Source: Planctomycetota bacterium
GTDB lineage: Bacteria > Planctomycetota > UBA1135 > UBA2386
DNA: 64,000 nt
Assembly (NCBI GenBank): GCA_965223545.1
Contig: OZ245006.1
Location: 2,784,001-2,848,000 of the forward strand
Direction of reading: 5' to 3'
The position numbers and the translations under genes are program-made. Positions 55,490 to 64,000 of this stretch are shown here, piece after piece (within the stretch, counting starts at the first letter, position 1; every line of letters starts with the position of its first letter). The notes under the pieces were generated by a model, which worked only from the letters and a program-made list of their open reading frames with translations, searched no databases and had not been told where the DNA came from.

Positions 55490-57022
55490 TCAACTCGGCA
55501 GGAAGCGGCGCACGGCTTCCAGGGTGTCGGCCTCAGCCGCAGTCTTGTCCGGCCGGTAGCGCCGCACGCGGGCGAAGCGCAGCGCCACGCCCCCCGGATA
55601 CTGGGGGCTGTGTTGGACACCGTCGAAGGCGATCTCGACGACCAGCTCCGGCCGCACGCGCACCACGTGGCCCTCGATGCCGATGGCCCGCTCCTGCAGG
55701 GCGTCCGTCTGCCACCGGAGCAGCGCATCGGTCATGCCCTTGAAGGTCTTGCCCAGCATCACGAAACCGCCATCGGGGTCGCGCGCGCCGAGGTGCAGGT
55801 TGGACAGCCAACCGCGCCGCCGGCCCGAGCCCCACTCCGCCGCCAGAACGACGAGGTCGAGGGTGTGCACCGGCTTGATCTTGCGCCACGACGCCCCTCG
55901 CCGGCCGGCTTCGTACGGAGCGTCGAGCGCCTTGGCCACGACGCCTTCGAAGCCCGTCGCCAACACCTCTTCGAGGAACGCATCGGCCGCCGGCGGCGCG
56001 TCGGTCTCGAGGCGAGGCACGGCTTGCGGAGCCGACACCACGCGGCGCAGCCCCGCCGCGCGCTCGACCGCCGGCAGATCGAGCCAGTCCTCGCCATCGA
56101 GGTGCAGACAGTCGAAGAAAAACGCGCGCAGCGGCAGCGCCGCGCGGTCGGCGGCCGCCGCTTCGCCACGGCCGAAGCGCCGCATCGTCACCTGGAACGG
56201 CAGCGGCCGGTCGTCGGCGCTCCAGGCCAAGACCTCGCCGTCGAGCACGACGGCGCGCGCAGGCAGCGCGCGCACGGTCTCGACCAGCTCCGGCACCGAG
56301 GCCGTGACGTCGCGCAGCCGGCGCGAGAACACCGCGACCCGATCGCCGTCGCGGTGCACCTGAACGCGGGCACCGTCGAGCTTGGCCTCGAAGCCGGCGC
56401 GGCCGAAGGCGTCCAGCACCTCGGAACTGTCCGCGGCCGACTGTGCCAGCATCGGCTGCAACGGCCGCATCAGTTGGAGCCCCAACCCCGCAACCGCCTG
56501 CGCGCCACCGCGGGCGGCGACGGCGGCGACCCCGGCGAGATCGCCGCGCAGCATGGCGGCGCGACGCACCACCGCCACGGGGATCTCGTAGGCGCGCGCG
56601 ACGGCGTCGGCCATGACGCCCTCCAGAGCGCCCTGGCGTAGGGCGCCGGCAAGCAGTCGCACCAGGAAGTCGACCTCGGCGGCCGTGGCCCGCGCCAGGA
56701 GCGCCGCCAACGTCGTCTCGCGGCGGGCGCGCGCGCCCGTGCCGTGCTCGACGGCGATGGTGACCAGCGCGCGCTCGACTTCGGCGACAGTGAGCGTCGA
56801 ATCTGGACATGAAGGCACGTCGCGCGCGACGGTCGCGATCCGCTGGCCACCGAGGCCGAGGGCTCCTTGCAAGGTGCGACCGCTCAACCACGCGACCACG
56901 GTCTCGACCTCGTCCGGGGCGGCCGCGCGCAGCGCGGCCGCGAGCGCGTCAGTCTTCGCCTGCCGGGCCCGCGTCGCGGCGACGGCACAGGCGGCATCCA
57001 CGAGCGCTGCCAGCGTCAGCAC
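55490..57022 (-). CDS. ATP-dependent DNA ligase (LigB-like)
   Basis: PMLA, EAKLDG, LDGE, FD, EGVVAK, LRFARV..R.DK. Confidence 0.95.
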   Translation of the reverse strand: MLTLAALVDAACAVAATRARQAKTDALAAALRAAAPDEVETVVAWLSGRTLQGALGLGGQRIATVARDVPSCPDSTLTVAEVERALVTIAVEHGTGARARRETTLAALLARATAAEVDFLVRLLAGALRQGALEGVMADAVARAYEIPVAVVRRAAMLRGDLAGVAAVAARGGAQAVAGLGLQLMRPLQPMLAQSAADSSEVLDAFGRAGFEAKLDGARVQVHRDGDRVAVFSRRLRDVTASVPELVETVRALPARAVVLDGEVLAWSADDRPLPFQVTMRRFGRGEAAAADRAALPLRAFFFDCLHLDGEDWLDLPAVERAAGLRRVVSAPQAVPRLETDAPPAADAFLEEVLATGFEGVVAKALDAPYEAGRRGASWRKIKPVHTLDLVVLAAEWGSGRRRGWLSNLHLGARDPDGGFVMLGKTFKGMTDALLRWQTDALQERAIGIEGHVVRVRPELVVEIAFDGVQHSPQYPGGVALRFARVRRYRPDKTAAEADTLEAVRRFLPS

Positions 57023-57149
57023 AATTGTGAGATCCTAAGTCGCGCGCCCGGGGCTGGGGACCCCTGCAGGTCATCCGTGCATGACAAACTCTGGTGTAGC
57101 CGTTGCCAACAAGCTGCAGAAGACCTGCGAGACCACGGCCTCCGGCGAC

Positions 57150-57310
57150 TCAATCCCTATCAGGCGGACGCTCAGACTCGAGACGTTCCAACCAGCGCTT
57201 CGAGTTCAGCGTGTCGGGATGCTCCTCGCCGAGGATGCGCCGACACGCGTCGAGCTCCTGTTCTTCGAGCGTGCGCGCGCCGTCGGCGCTGCCGAGAAGC
57301 ACAGCGGAGG
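57150..57310 (-). pseudogene. TPR (LGEEHPDTL-type) gene remnant
   Basis: ARTLEEQELDACRRILGEEHPDTL followed by a stop; no matching upstream repeats. Confidence 0.5.
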
Positions 57311-57468
57311 CGTAGGAACGTCCTGCTGCGGCGGCGCCGGTTACATCGTACCGCTGACGACGTCGCGGCCGCCAGTGCCCGGTCGCAGAGTCCGACGCAC
57401 ACGACTCTGCTGCCGGCTCGGTCATCACAGGCTTCTCTGACCGCATCGCCATGTGCATTCTGGTCGTG

Positions 57469-60135
57469 ATGCAGCCCAACTCCGAAGCCGCCGTGGCCCG
57501 CGATGCCGAAACTCCTCGACCCGCTTCGCCGGCAATGGGTGTGGCCGGCAACCCCTCGCCAGGGCCCACTCCTGCCGGAGACGAGGCCAAGGTCCACGTC
57601 GTAGCGCTGCTGAAGACTGGCAAGACCGCGGTTCCCAGCGACCTGCTCACCGATCTGCTGTGTCGCCTGCACGGCGAGGCCGGGTTCGTGATCCTGCGCG
57701 CGGCGGCCGAAGCCACGCAGCGGCGCATGCAGATCGCGGCCCGCGAGAAGCTCCGCGTTCGGGAGCGACCTGCAGGGGGAATGCTCGGCGATTATCGGAC
57801 GGCGCGGCCCCGTCAGGCGCCGCGCCCCTACACGACGCGGCTCTATCGACTCGATCCGCTCGAGGCGAGCTGCGACTGCCCGGACTTTCGCGGCAACTCG
57901 CTCGGGCTCTGCAAGCACGTGCTCGCCGTCTTGGCTGATCTGGGCAAGCGCAGGCGGGCGTTTGCCCGAGCCCGGGTGGAGGTGTTGGCCGAGAGAACGA
58001 AGCCGGAGCTGCGGTGGTCGCCATGCAAGCCGTTGACCGGAGCCGGCGACTGGATGATGCAGATCGAGTTGCTCTGGCCGAAGCGAGGCCGAAAGCCGGC
58101 AGCACGGTGGCGAGAGCTGAGGCTGGAGTTCGACGGCGGCAGCGACGGTGGTACCATGCGGTTGCGCAACGCGCACGCAAGAGACGTCCGCTTGCGAGCC
58201 GAGCTGATTCGTCGGTTGCGTTCGTGTGGCGACGACCCGGCGCTGCGCGGGTGGCTGCGCGACGAGCAGGAGCGCTTGGCGACGGCGGTCGAGTTGTTGC
58301 CGCTGTCTCGTCTCACGGCGCGACCGCGTGGCTTCCGTCGCAAGCTCTATCCGTACCAGCGGGAAGGTGTCCTGCGGTTCCTCGCGACCGGACGTCTCTT
58401 GCTCGGCGATGACATGGGGCTCGGCAAGACGACGCAGGCGATCGCCGCCTGTCACGCCCTGGTCAACCATGGAGTTGTCCGCCGCGGGCTGCTCATCGTG
58501 CCCGCGCCTCTCAAGCAGCAGTGGCTGCGCGAGTGGAATGCGTGTTGCGATCTACCGATCGAGGTCGTCGACGGAACACCCGAGGCCCGTGCCGACTGCT
58601 ACCGCCGCACGAAGCAGGGCTTCCTCGTCGTCAACTACGAGCAGGTCTTGCGAGACCTCGAGCTTGCCAAGCAATGGCAGCCGGACATCGTGCTCCTCGA
58701 CGAAGCACAGCGGATCAAGAACTGGCAGACGAAGACCGCCGCGACGATCAAGCAGCTCGACGCGCCATTTCGGCTGGTGCTGACGGGGACGCCGTTCGAG
58801 AACCGACTGAGCGAGCTCGACTCGATCCTCGAGTGGCTCGACCGCCGCCCGCTGCAACCGATTTGGCGGTTGATGCCGTATCACGAGATGCAGAACGGCA
58901 AGGGGCTCCGTCACCTCAACGTCCTCCGCGAACGATTGGCTCCCGTGCTCGTGCGACGTCGGCGCCAGGAGGTGCTCTCCCAGCTGCCCGGACGCACCGA
59001 CACGTGTATCGACGTGCCGCTCACCGACGAGCAGCGGGACGAGCACGACGAGCGCACCCAGCCGATCGTCAGGCTCCTCCAGATCTGCGATCGCCGGCCA
59101 CTGACGCGCGCCGAGTTCCTCCGGTTGATGATGTTGTTCACCGAGCAGCGGGTGCTGGCCAATGGCATGGCGCAGTTCGAGTTCGAGGAGGTGTGGCCCG
59201 GCATCGAGAAGGCGCGTCCGACGCGTGCTCTGCTGAACAGCCTGGCGATGCCCAAGCTCACCGAGCTGCGTGCGCTGTTGCACGAGATCGTCGTCGAGCA
59301 GGAGCGAAAGGTGGTCGTCTTCAGCGCATGGCGACGGGCATTGCGGCTGGCGGACTGGGCTGTCGCCGCGCCGTTGCGGCAACACGGCGTACGCAGCGCA
59401 TTCTTCACCGGCGCCGAATCCCAGCGGCGCCGCGACGAGAGCATCGTCGCATTTCACGACGACCCCGCGACGCGCATCCTCTTCGCCACGGATGCTGGCG
59501 GCGTCGGTCTCAATCTTCAGCGCGCGGCGTCGTGCTGCGTGCACTTCGACCTGCCGTGGAATCCGGCGGTGTTCGAGCAGCGCGTCGGTCGGGTCTGGCG
59601 GCTCGGGCAGACCGAGAAGGTCGACGTCTACTCGCTGGTGGGCGAACGCTGTATCGAGACACGCATGGCGGGCGCGTTGCAGACCAAGCAGGCGACGTTC
59701 TCGGCCGTGTTCGACGGGGACACCGACGAAGTTCGGTTCGAGGAGCAGGGCGGCTTCCTGCGCGCAGCCCGCAAGCTCGTAACGGACGATGGGGTCGCGG
59801 CGGACGCGGGAAGCGATGATCTTGGCGTAGACCGCGTGGGACAGACAACCCCTGCTGACGGGTCCGCAGAGCGTTTCCCGCAGGAGCGTCAGAAGCATGA
59901 TGCTCGCCCCGACAAGGAAGCAGAGGCAGGAGCACACCATGAGGGGCGGCGCGAGCCCAGCCCGGAGCCAACCGTGGTTCGCAGCTTGCTCGCGGGCCTC
60001 AGCGTGCAGCCCCGGTCCGACGGCGGTTTGGTCATCGAGGCCGATTGCGAGTCCGCGGCAGTGCTGGCCCAGGTGTTGCGCAGTCTCGCGGGAGCGATCG
60101 AAGGGGCTGCGCCGGATCGGGTGCCCGGCGCATGA
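57469..60135 (+). CDS. SWIM zinc finger-SNF2 family helicase (start uncertain)
   Basis: CDCPDF..CKH; DDMGLGKT, DEAQ, LTGTP, GLNL, QRVGRVWRLGQ. Confidence 0.93.
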   Translation: MQPNSEAAVARDAETPRPASPAMGVAGNPSPGPTPAGDEAKVHVVALLKTGKTAVPSDLLTDLLCRLHGEAGFVILRAAAEATQRRMQIAAREKLRVRERPAGGMLGDYRTARPRQAPRPYTTRLYRLDPLEASCDCPDFRGNSLGLCKHVLAVLADLGKRRRAFARARVEVLAERTKPELRWSPCKPLTGAGDWMMQIELLWPKRGRKPAARWRELRLEFDGGSDGGTMRLRNAHARDVRLRAELIRRLRSCGDDPALRGWLRDEQERLATAVELLPLSRLTARPRGFRRKLYPYQREGVLRFLATGRLLLGDDMGLGKTTQAIAACHALVNHGVVRRGLLIVPAPLKQQWLREWNACCDLPIEVVDGTPEARADCYRRTKQGFLVVNYEQVLRDLELAKQWQPDIVLLDEAQRIKNWQTKTAATIKQLDAPFRLVLTGTPFENRLSELDSILEWLDRRPLQPIWRLMPYHEMQNGKGLRHLNVLRERLAPVLVRRRRQEVLSQLPGRTDTCIDVPLTDEQRDEHDERTQPIVRLLQICDRRPLTRAEFLRLMMLFTEQRVLANGMAQFEFEEVWPGIEKARPTRALLNSLAMPKLTELRALLHEIVVEQERKVVVFSAWRRALRLADWAVAAPLRQHGVRSAFFTGAESQRRRDESIVAFHDDPATRILFATDAGGVGLNLQRAASCCVHFDLPWNPAVFEQRVGRVWRLGQTEKVDVYSLVGERCIETRMAGALQTKQATFSAVFDGDTDEVRFEEQGGFLRAARKLVTDDGVAADAGSDDLGVDRVGQTTPADGSAERFPQERQKHDARPDKEAEAGAHHEGRREPSPEPTVVRSLLAGLSVQPRSDGGLVIEADCESAAVLAQVLRSLAGAIEGAAPDRVPGA

Positions 60136-60142
60136 GCACGAG

Positions 60143-61132
60143 CTACGGGCAGGTCAGCGTCACCACCGGCGTGCTCATCAGCGAGGGGAACGCCGCCGGG
60201 TCATGCAGCAACTGCTGGAAGTGGACCGAGCCCCGTGCGGTCGGCGGCACGGGCAGGTCGAGCACGATCTCGCCATTGCCATCCGACCGGCCCGGCAGCG
60301 CGACCAGCGGCACGACGTTGTAGGTGCACAGCCCGCCGGGCAGCGACACCGGGGACTGCGCCACGCCGATGCCGGTCACCACCGGCGCGTTGGGCCGCAA
60401 CAGCGTGCCGGTCAAGCGCAGGCTGCCTGCGTAGGTCATCTCGCCGCGCAGCATCGGCACCAGCGCGAACGCGCAGCCGCCCTGTCCACCGGTCACCGTA
60501 CATCGCGACTGCGGCGTGACGTCGATCTGCACGTTCGAGAACGCCTGGGTGCGCTGCCCGCCCGTGAGCGGGTAGCGCACGGCGTTGTCGGTGTGGATGC
60601 GCACGGCCAAGCCGGCGGCGGTGAGCACCACCGGCACCGACACGGTGCTCTGCGCGCCGAAGCCCGCGACGAGCTCGAAGCTGCCATCGTCGCCGACGTC
60701 GATCCGCACCAGATGGCGCGCGGTCGCCTGGTTGAGGGCGCTCGCGGAGTGCCGCAGCACCACCGTCGCCGCGGCCGGGGCATTCGCGAAGAGGGTCAGC
60801 AACGTCGTGTGCGGACCGACACTCGCTTGCAGACCCGGAGTCGCGACGTTGCTGGACTCGGTGATCTGCAGCGAGGTTCCGACCGCGGCGTCGTGGCGGA
60901 AGGCGAACGACGAGACCGCGCCGCCGAGGCCCTGGGCCGCCGGCGCGGCGACCGAGAGCCGCGTCGTCTGCGGCGTCAGGTCGGTGCCGGCGGGCAGCGT
61001 GGCGGTGGCGCCGCCGGCGTTGGTGACCAAGGGAGTGGCGGCCACGTAGCGGACCGAGCTCACCTGGGCGGCGGCCGGTGCGGCGACGATCAGGGCGGCG
61101 GCGAGAGTCGTGGACGGAACGAGAGTGTGCAT
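60143..61132 (-). CDS. Exported protein with C-terminal beta domain
   Basis: Signal peptide (AAAQ); C-terminal GGC..LPGGLC..VHFQQLLHDP. Confidence 0.7.
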   Translation of the reverse strand: MHTLVPSTTLAAALIVAAPAAAQVSSVRYVAATPLVTNAGGATATLPAGTDLTPQTTRLSVAAPAAQGLGGAVSSFAFRHDAAVGTSLQITESSNVATPGLQASVGPHTTLLTLFANAPAAATVVLRHSASALNQATARHLVRIDVGDDGSFELVAGFGAQSTVSVPVVLTAAGLAVRIHTDNAVRYPLTGGQRTQAFSNVQIDVTPQSRCTVTGGQGGCAFALVPMLRGEMTYAGSLRLTGTLLRPNAPVVTGIGVAQSPVSLPGGLCTYNVVPLVALPGRSDGNGEIVLDLPVPPTARGSVHFQQLLHDPAAFPSLMSTPVVTLTCP

Positions 61133-61306
61133 GGCGCCTCGCGGGTCGTGGGTAGGGACGCGGGGGTGGGTTGCGCCGCGCTGCAGCGCACACGGTGGTA
61201 TCGCAGAAAGGGGCTCGACGGTGCCGAGGCCGGGAGAAACACAGCAGCCGGCGCAGTGGCGCGGCCGGGTCATTCAAGAGAGGCCATGGCGTAGGATGCG
61301 GGCGAT

Positions 61307-62941
61307 TTGCCGGGGACCCCTCACTCACTGCTCCGCCGCCTGCTGGCGGTCTCCGTCGGACTGACGCTCGGCGTGGCCGCGCTCGAGGCGGCGCTGCGGC
61401 TGGCGGGCATTCCGGCGGTGGTGCCCCCGTTCGCCCTGATCCGCGCCGAGGGGGCGGACGCCAACTTCGAGCCCGACGCCGCACTCTTCTGGCGCTTGCG
61501 CACCGACAGCGCCAAGTACCGCGGGGCGCCGCCGGGAGTCCGCGGCTGGTGGCCGGCGGGGCCGGCGACCGACGGCACGCTGCGCGTCCTCTGCCTCGGC
61601 GACTCCTCGACGTTCGGCGTCGGCGTGCTGTACGAGCACTGCTATGCCCTACGGCTCGAGCAACGGCTGCAACGGGACCGACCACTGCAGCGCGTCGAGT
61701 GCCTGATCGGCGGCCTGCCCGGCCATTCCTCGCACCAGACGCTGCAGCTGTTTCGCCATCACGGCCGACAGCTGGCACCTGACGTCGTCGTCGCCTACCT
61801 CGGTGCGTGGAACGACCACCGCCCGGCGAGCGAGCGCAGCGACGCCGCCTGGTCACGGCATCTCGCCGCGGCGGCCGATCCGTGGGTGCCGCGCATCTGG
61901 CTGGCGGGGGAGCGATTGCGCGGCCGACTGCGCGGAGAAACCGGCCTGCGCGTGCCGCTGGCCGACTTCGTGCACAACCTCGACGCCCTGGTCCGCGACG
62001 CGCGCGCCGCCGGCGCCGCGGTCGTGCTGCTGGTGCCCCCGCTGCACCCGGCGGGGATCGAGGCCAATCCGATCGCCCGCGACTACCGGGCAGCGGTGCG
62101 CGCCCGTGCAGGTCGCGGCGTGACCGTGATCGACGCTGCCGCACTGCTGGAAGACGCGCACACCGCCCTGCCGGCCGCCGCCACTGGCGGCGCCACCGAT
62201 GTGTTCCTCGACTGGGTGCACCCGACGGCGCGGGGTCACGACATGCTGGCAACCGCGCTCGCCGAGGCGATCGACGACCTCACGCCGCCGGCGATCGACG
62301 GCGCGTTCGCGAGCGCGCTCGCCGGCAGCGTCGCACCGACCGCTGTCGACGCCCTCGCACCGGGCACACTCTCGGTGCGCACGGAAGCGCCGGTCGATGA
62401 GCGCACGCGGGTGTGGATCGGCGAGCGCTGGGCAAGCGACGTCACCCGCCAGGGGCCGGAGCTGCGCGTTTCGCTGCCGGCCCTCCTGCTGCCTGGAAAG
62501 CACCTGGTCGAGCTGCGCACCGAACACGGCCCGCATACGGTCGGCCACCTGCGCGTCCGCGCGCCTCCGCTCGAGGTCGAGATCACTGGCGCCGAGGGCG
62601 CGCGTCAAGTCCACCTCAAGTGGTCCGGTCCTGCGGGTTGGCACGCGCTGGCCTGGTTGGCGCCCACGGTACGACCCAGTCCCGCGCAGACTCGATTCGG
62701 CCCCATCCACCTCGACCTGCCATTCGCGCCCGGAGTGCCCCCCATGGTCGAGCTGCCCCCGGCGCCGATCGCGCTAGAGCTGGACGACCGCGGCCACGCC
62801 ACGACGACGCTTCCGTCCGGCGCCAGCACCGGCCAGCTCCACATCCAAGGCGTCCTGCTCTGGCCAGAAGCGCGACGGGTCTCGAGTTGGCCGCAGGCGC
62901 AGCCCGGACTCGCGACAGCCGCGGTGACGGTCACCCTCTGA
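61307..62941 (+). CDS. SGNH/GDSL protein with IPT-like and C-terminal beta domains
   Basis: TM segment, CLGDSSTFG, GLPG, GAWND, DWVHP. Confidence 0.85.
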   Translation: MPGTPHSLLRRLLAVSVGLTLGVAALEAALRLAGIPAVVPPFALIRAEGADANFEPDAALFWRLRTDSAKYRGAPPGVRGWWPAGPATDGTLRVLCLGDSSTFGVGVLYEHCYALRLEQRLQRDRPLQRVECLIGGLPGHSSHQTLQLFRHHGRQLAPDVVVAYLGAWNDHRPASERSDAAWSRHLAAAADPWVPRIWLAGERLRGRLRGETGLRVPLADFVHNLDALVRDARAAGAAVVLLVPPLHPAGIEANPIARDYRAAVRARAGRGVTVIDAAALLEDAHTALPAAATGGATDVFLDWVHPTARGHDMLATALAEAIDDLTPPAIDGAFASALAGSVAPTAVDALAPGTLSVRTEAPVDERTRVWIGERWASDVTRQGPELRVSLPALLLPGKHLVELRTEHGPHTVGHLRVRAPPLEVEITGAEGARQVHLKWSGPAGWHALAWLAPTVRPSPAQTRFGPIHLDLPFAPGVPPMVELPPAPIALELDDRGHATTTLPSGASTGQLHIQGVLLWPEARRVSSWPQAQPGLATAAVTVTL

Positions 62942-63004
62942 GGCGGCGAGCGATCGCCCTTGACGCGGCACTCGGACTAAGGCAAAAGCTTTTTGCTTAT
63001 AAGA

Positions 63005-64000
63005 ATGACCGCTGCAACCCATTCCAAATGGGGCTTTTACGGCCGTAGGCAAGAACTCGACGAGATCCGTGAGATCTTGCGTCGGGAACGCTGGTTCTTT
63101 CTGAAGGTGTCCGGGCGGCGACGGATCGGGAAGACCAGCTTGGTTCAGCAAGCGCTCCGGGCAGAGGGTCGAGAGAGGGTCCTATACCTACAGACTCCAG
63201 ATTCTGACCCGGCCGGCGTCGTCTCCTCCGCTCGCGATTTCTACGAGCTGTTCGGGGTGACTCACCCACTTCCGGTGGACCTTCGCTCGCTGGCCGCCTC
63301 CATCGCGGAGCTCGCGCGGCGCGGCTTCGTCATCGCAGTGGACGCGTTTCAGTACTTCCATCGAAAAGCGCTGTTCGAGTTCACCTCCTACCTACAGGCA
63401 GAGGTCGACCGTCTCGCTCGCGACGCGGCAGAGGTGCCAGGCGGCTTGATCGTCCTGGGCTCGATCCACACGGAGATGGCAGCGCTCCTCGAGGATCGCA
63501 GTGCGCCACTCTTTGCGCGACTGACACACTCGCTCGAGGTGCCACACCTCGACATTGCGTCCGTACTCGAGATACTCGGCGCGCACGCAGATCCGACAGC
63601 CGAACGGCTCTTGTTCCTTTGGAACCTCTTTGAGGGCGTGCCGAAGTTCTACCGTGACGCTTTTGAGGAGAGCGTCCTCGGAGCCGACCGAAACGAGCTG
63701 TTGCAGGAGCTCTTCTTCTCGAGGTCCTCCCCGCTCCGCACGGAGGCGGAGAACTGGTTCTTGCGCGAGCTCCGAGGCCGCTACGACTTGGTCCTGAAGT
63801 ACATCGCTCGAAACCCCGGATGCACGAACGGCGAGATCAATGCGCACGCCCGGTCGGTCGAGCCCGATAGTGCGAAACAGGTTGGCGGCTATCTGAAAGT
63901 TCTTCGAGAGCGCTACCAGATGGTTGATCAACTGCAGCCGATCTTCGCCAAGCCAACCTCTCGAAACAGCCGCTACTACATCAGCGACAACTTTCTCCGT
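63005..64000 (+). CDS. Archaeal-type (ATPase_2-like) ATP-binding protein, 3' end outside window
   Basis: Not in the ORF track. Manual translation gives WGFYGRRQEL, GRRRIGKTS, VDAFQY, LGS, APLFAR, GVP. Confidence 0.88.
   Translation, partial: MTAATHSKWGFYGRRQELDEIREILRRERWFFLKVSGRRRIGKTSLVQQALRAEGRERVLYLQTPDSDPAGVVSSARDFYELFGVTHPLPVDLRSLAASIAELARRGFVIAVDAFQYFHRKALFEFTSYLQAEVDRLARDAAEVPGGLIVLGSIHTEMAALLEDRSAPLFARLTHSLEVPHLDIASVLEILGAHADPTAERLLFLWNLFEGVPKFYRDAFEESVLGADRNELLQELFFSRSSPLRTEAENWFLRELRGRYDLVLKYIARNPGCTNGEINAHARSVEPDSAKQVGGYLKVLRERYQMVDQLQPIFAKPTSRNSRYYISDNFLR

Noticed and set aside
63028..63048. ATG 63028 as the ATPase start
   Set aside because: That frame stops at 63048; the coding frame starts at 63005

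Overview
High-GC bacterial window. The 16S signatures point to Planctomycetota, probably a lineage outside Planctomycetales. Contents in order: the 5' part of a Ser/Thr kinase gene, truncated at the window start; a complete linked rRNA operon on the minus strand (16S-tRNA-Ile-tRNA-Ala-23S-5S); a ~23 kb surface-glycan locus (gmd/fcl, GT-C-like protein, many GT2/GT4, a 1310-aa sulfotransferase-methyltransferase-like-GT2-GT4 fusion coupled to wzm/wzt, and a GDP-heptose pathway with a degenerate GmhB); pilT-like, rnd and an ECF sigma cluster; a small protein/aspartyl protease/truncated globin group; several lipoproteins; an IS110 element; a twin MBOAT/SGNH/ACP acylation cluster next to an amidinotransferase; an ATP-dependent DNA ligase; a SWIM-SNF2 helicase; and a partial archaeal-type ATPase. 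Most notable: (1) the IS110 sits inside a reconstructable perfect REP-like palindrome at a duplicated CAG core, and its 5' non-coding end carries target- and donor-matching motifs as expected of a bridge RNA; (2) the sulfotransferase-GT fusion with a CBM-bearing Wzt suggests sulfate-capped glycan export; (3) the MBOAT-SGNH-ACP-amidinotransferase neighbourhood; (4) a shared C-terminal domain on four unrelated exported proteins. All calls come from manual motif reading and no searches were run; some start codons and RNA ends are approximate.
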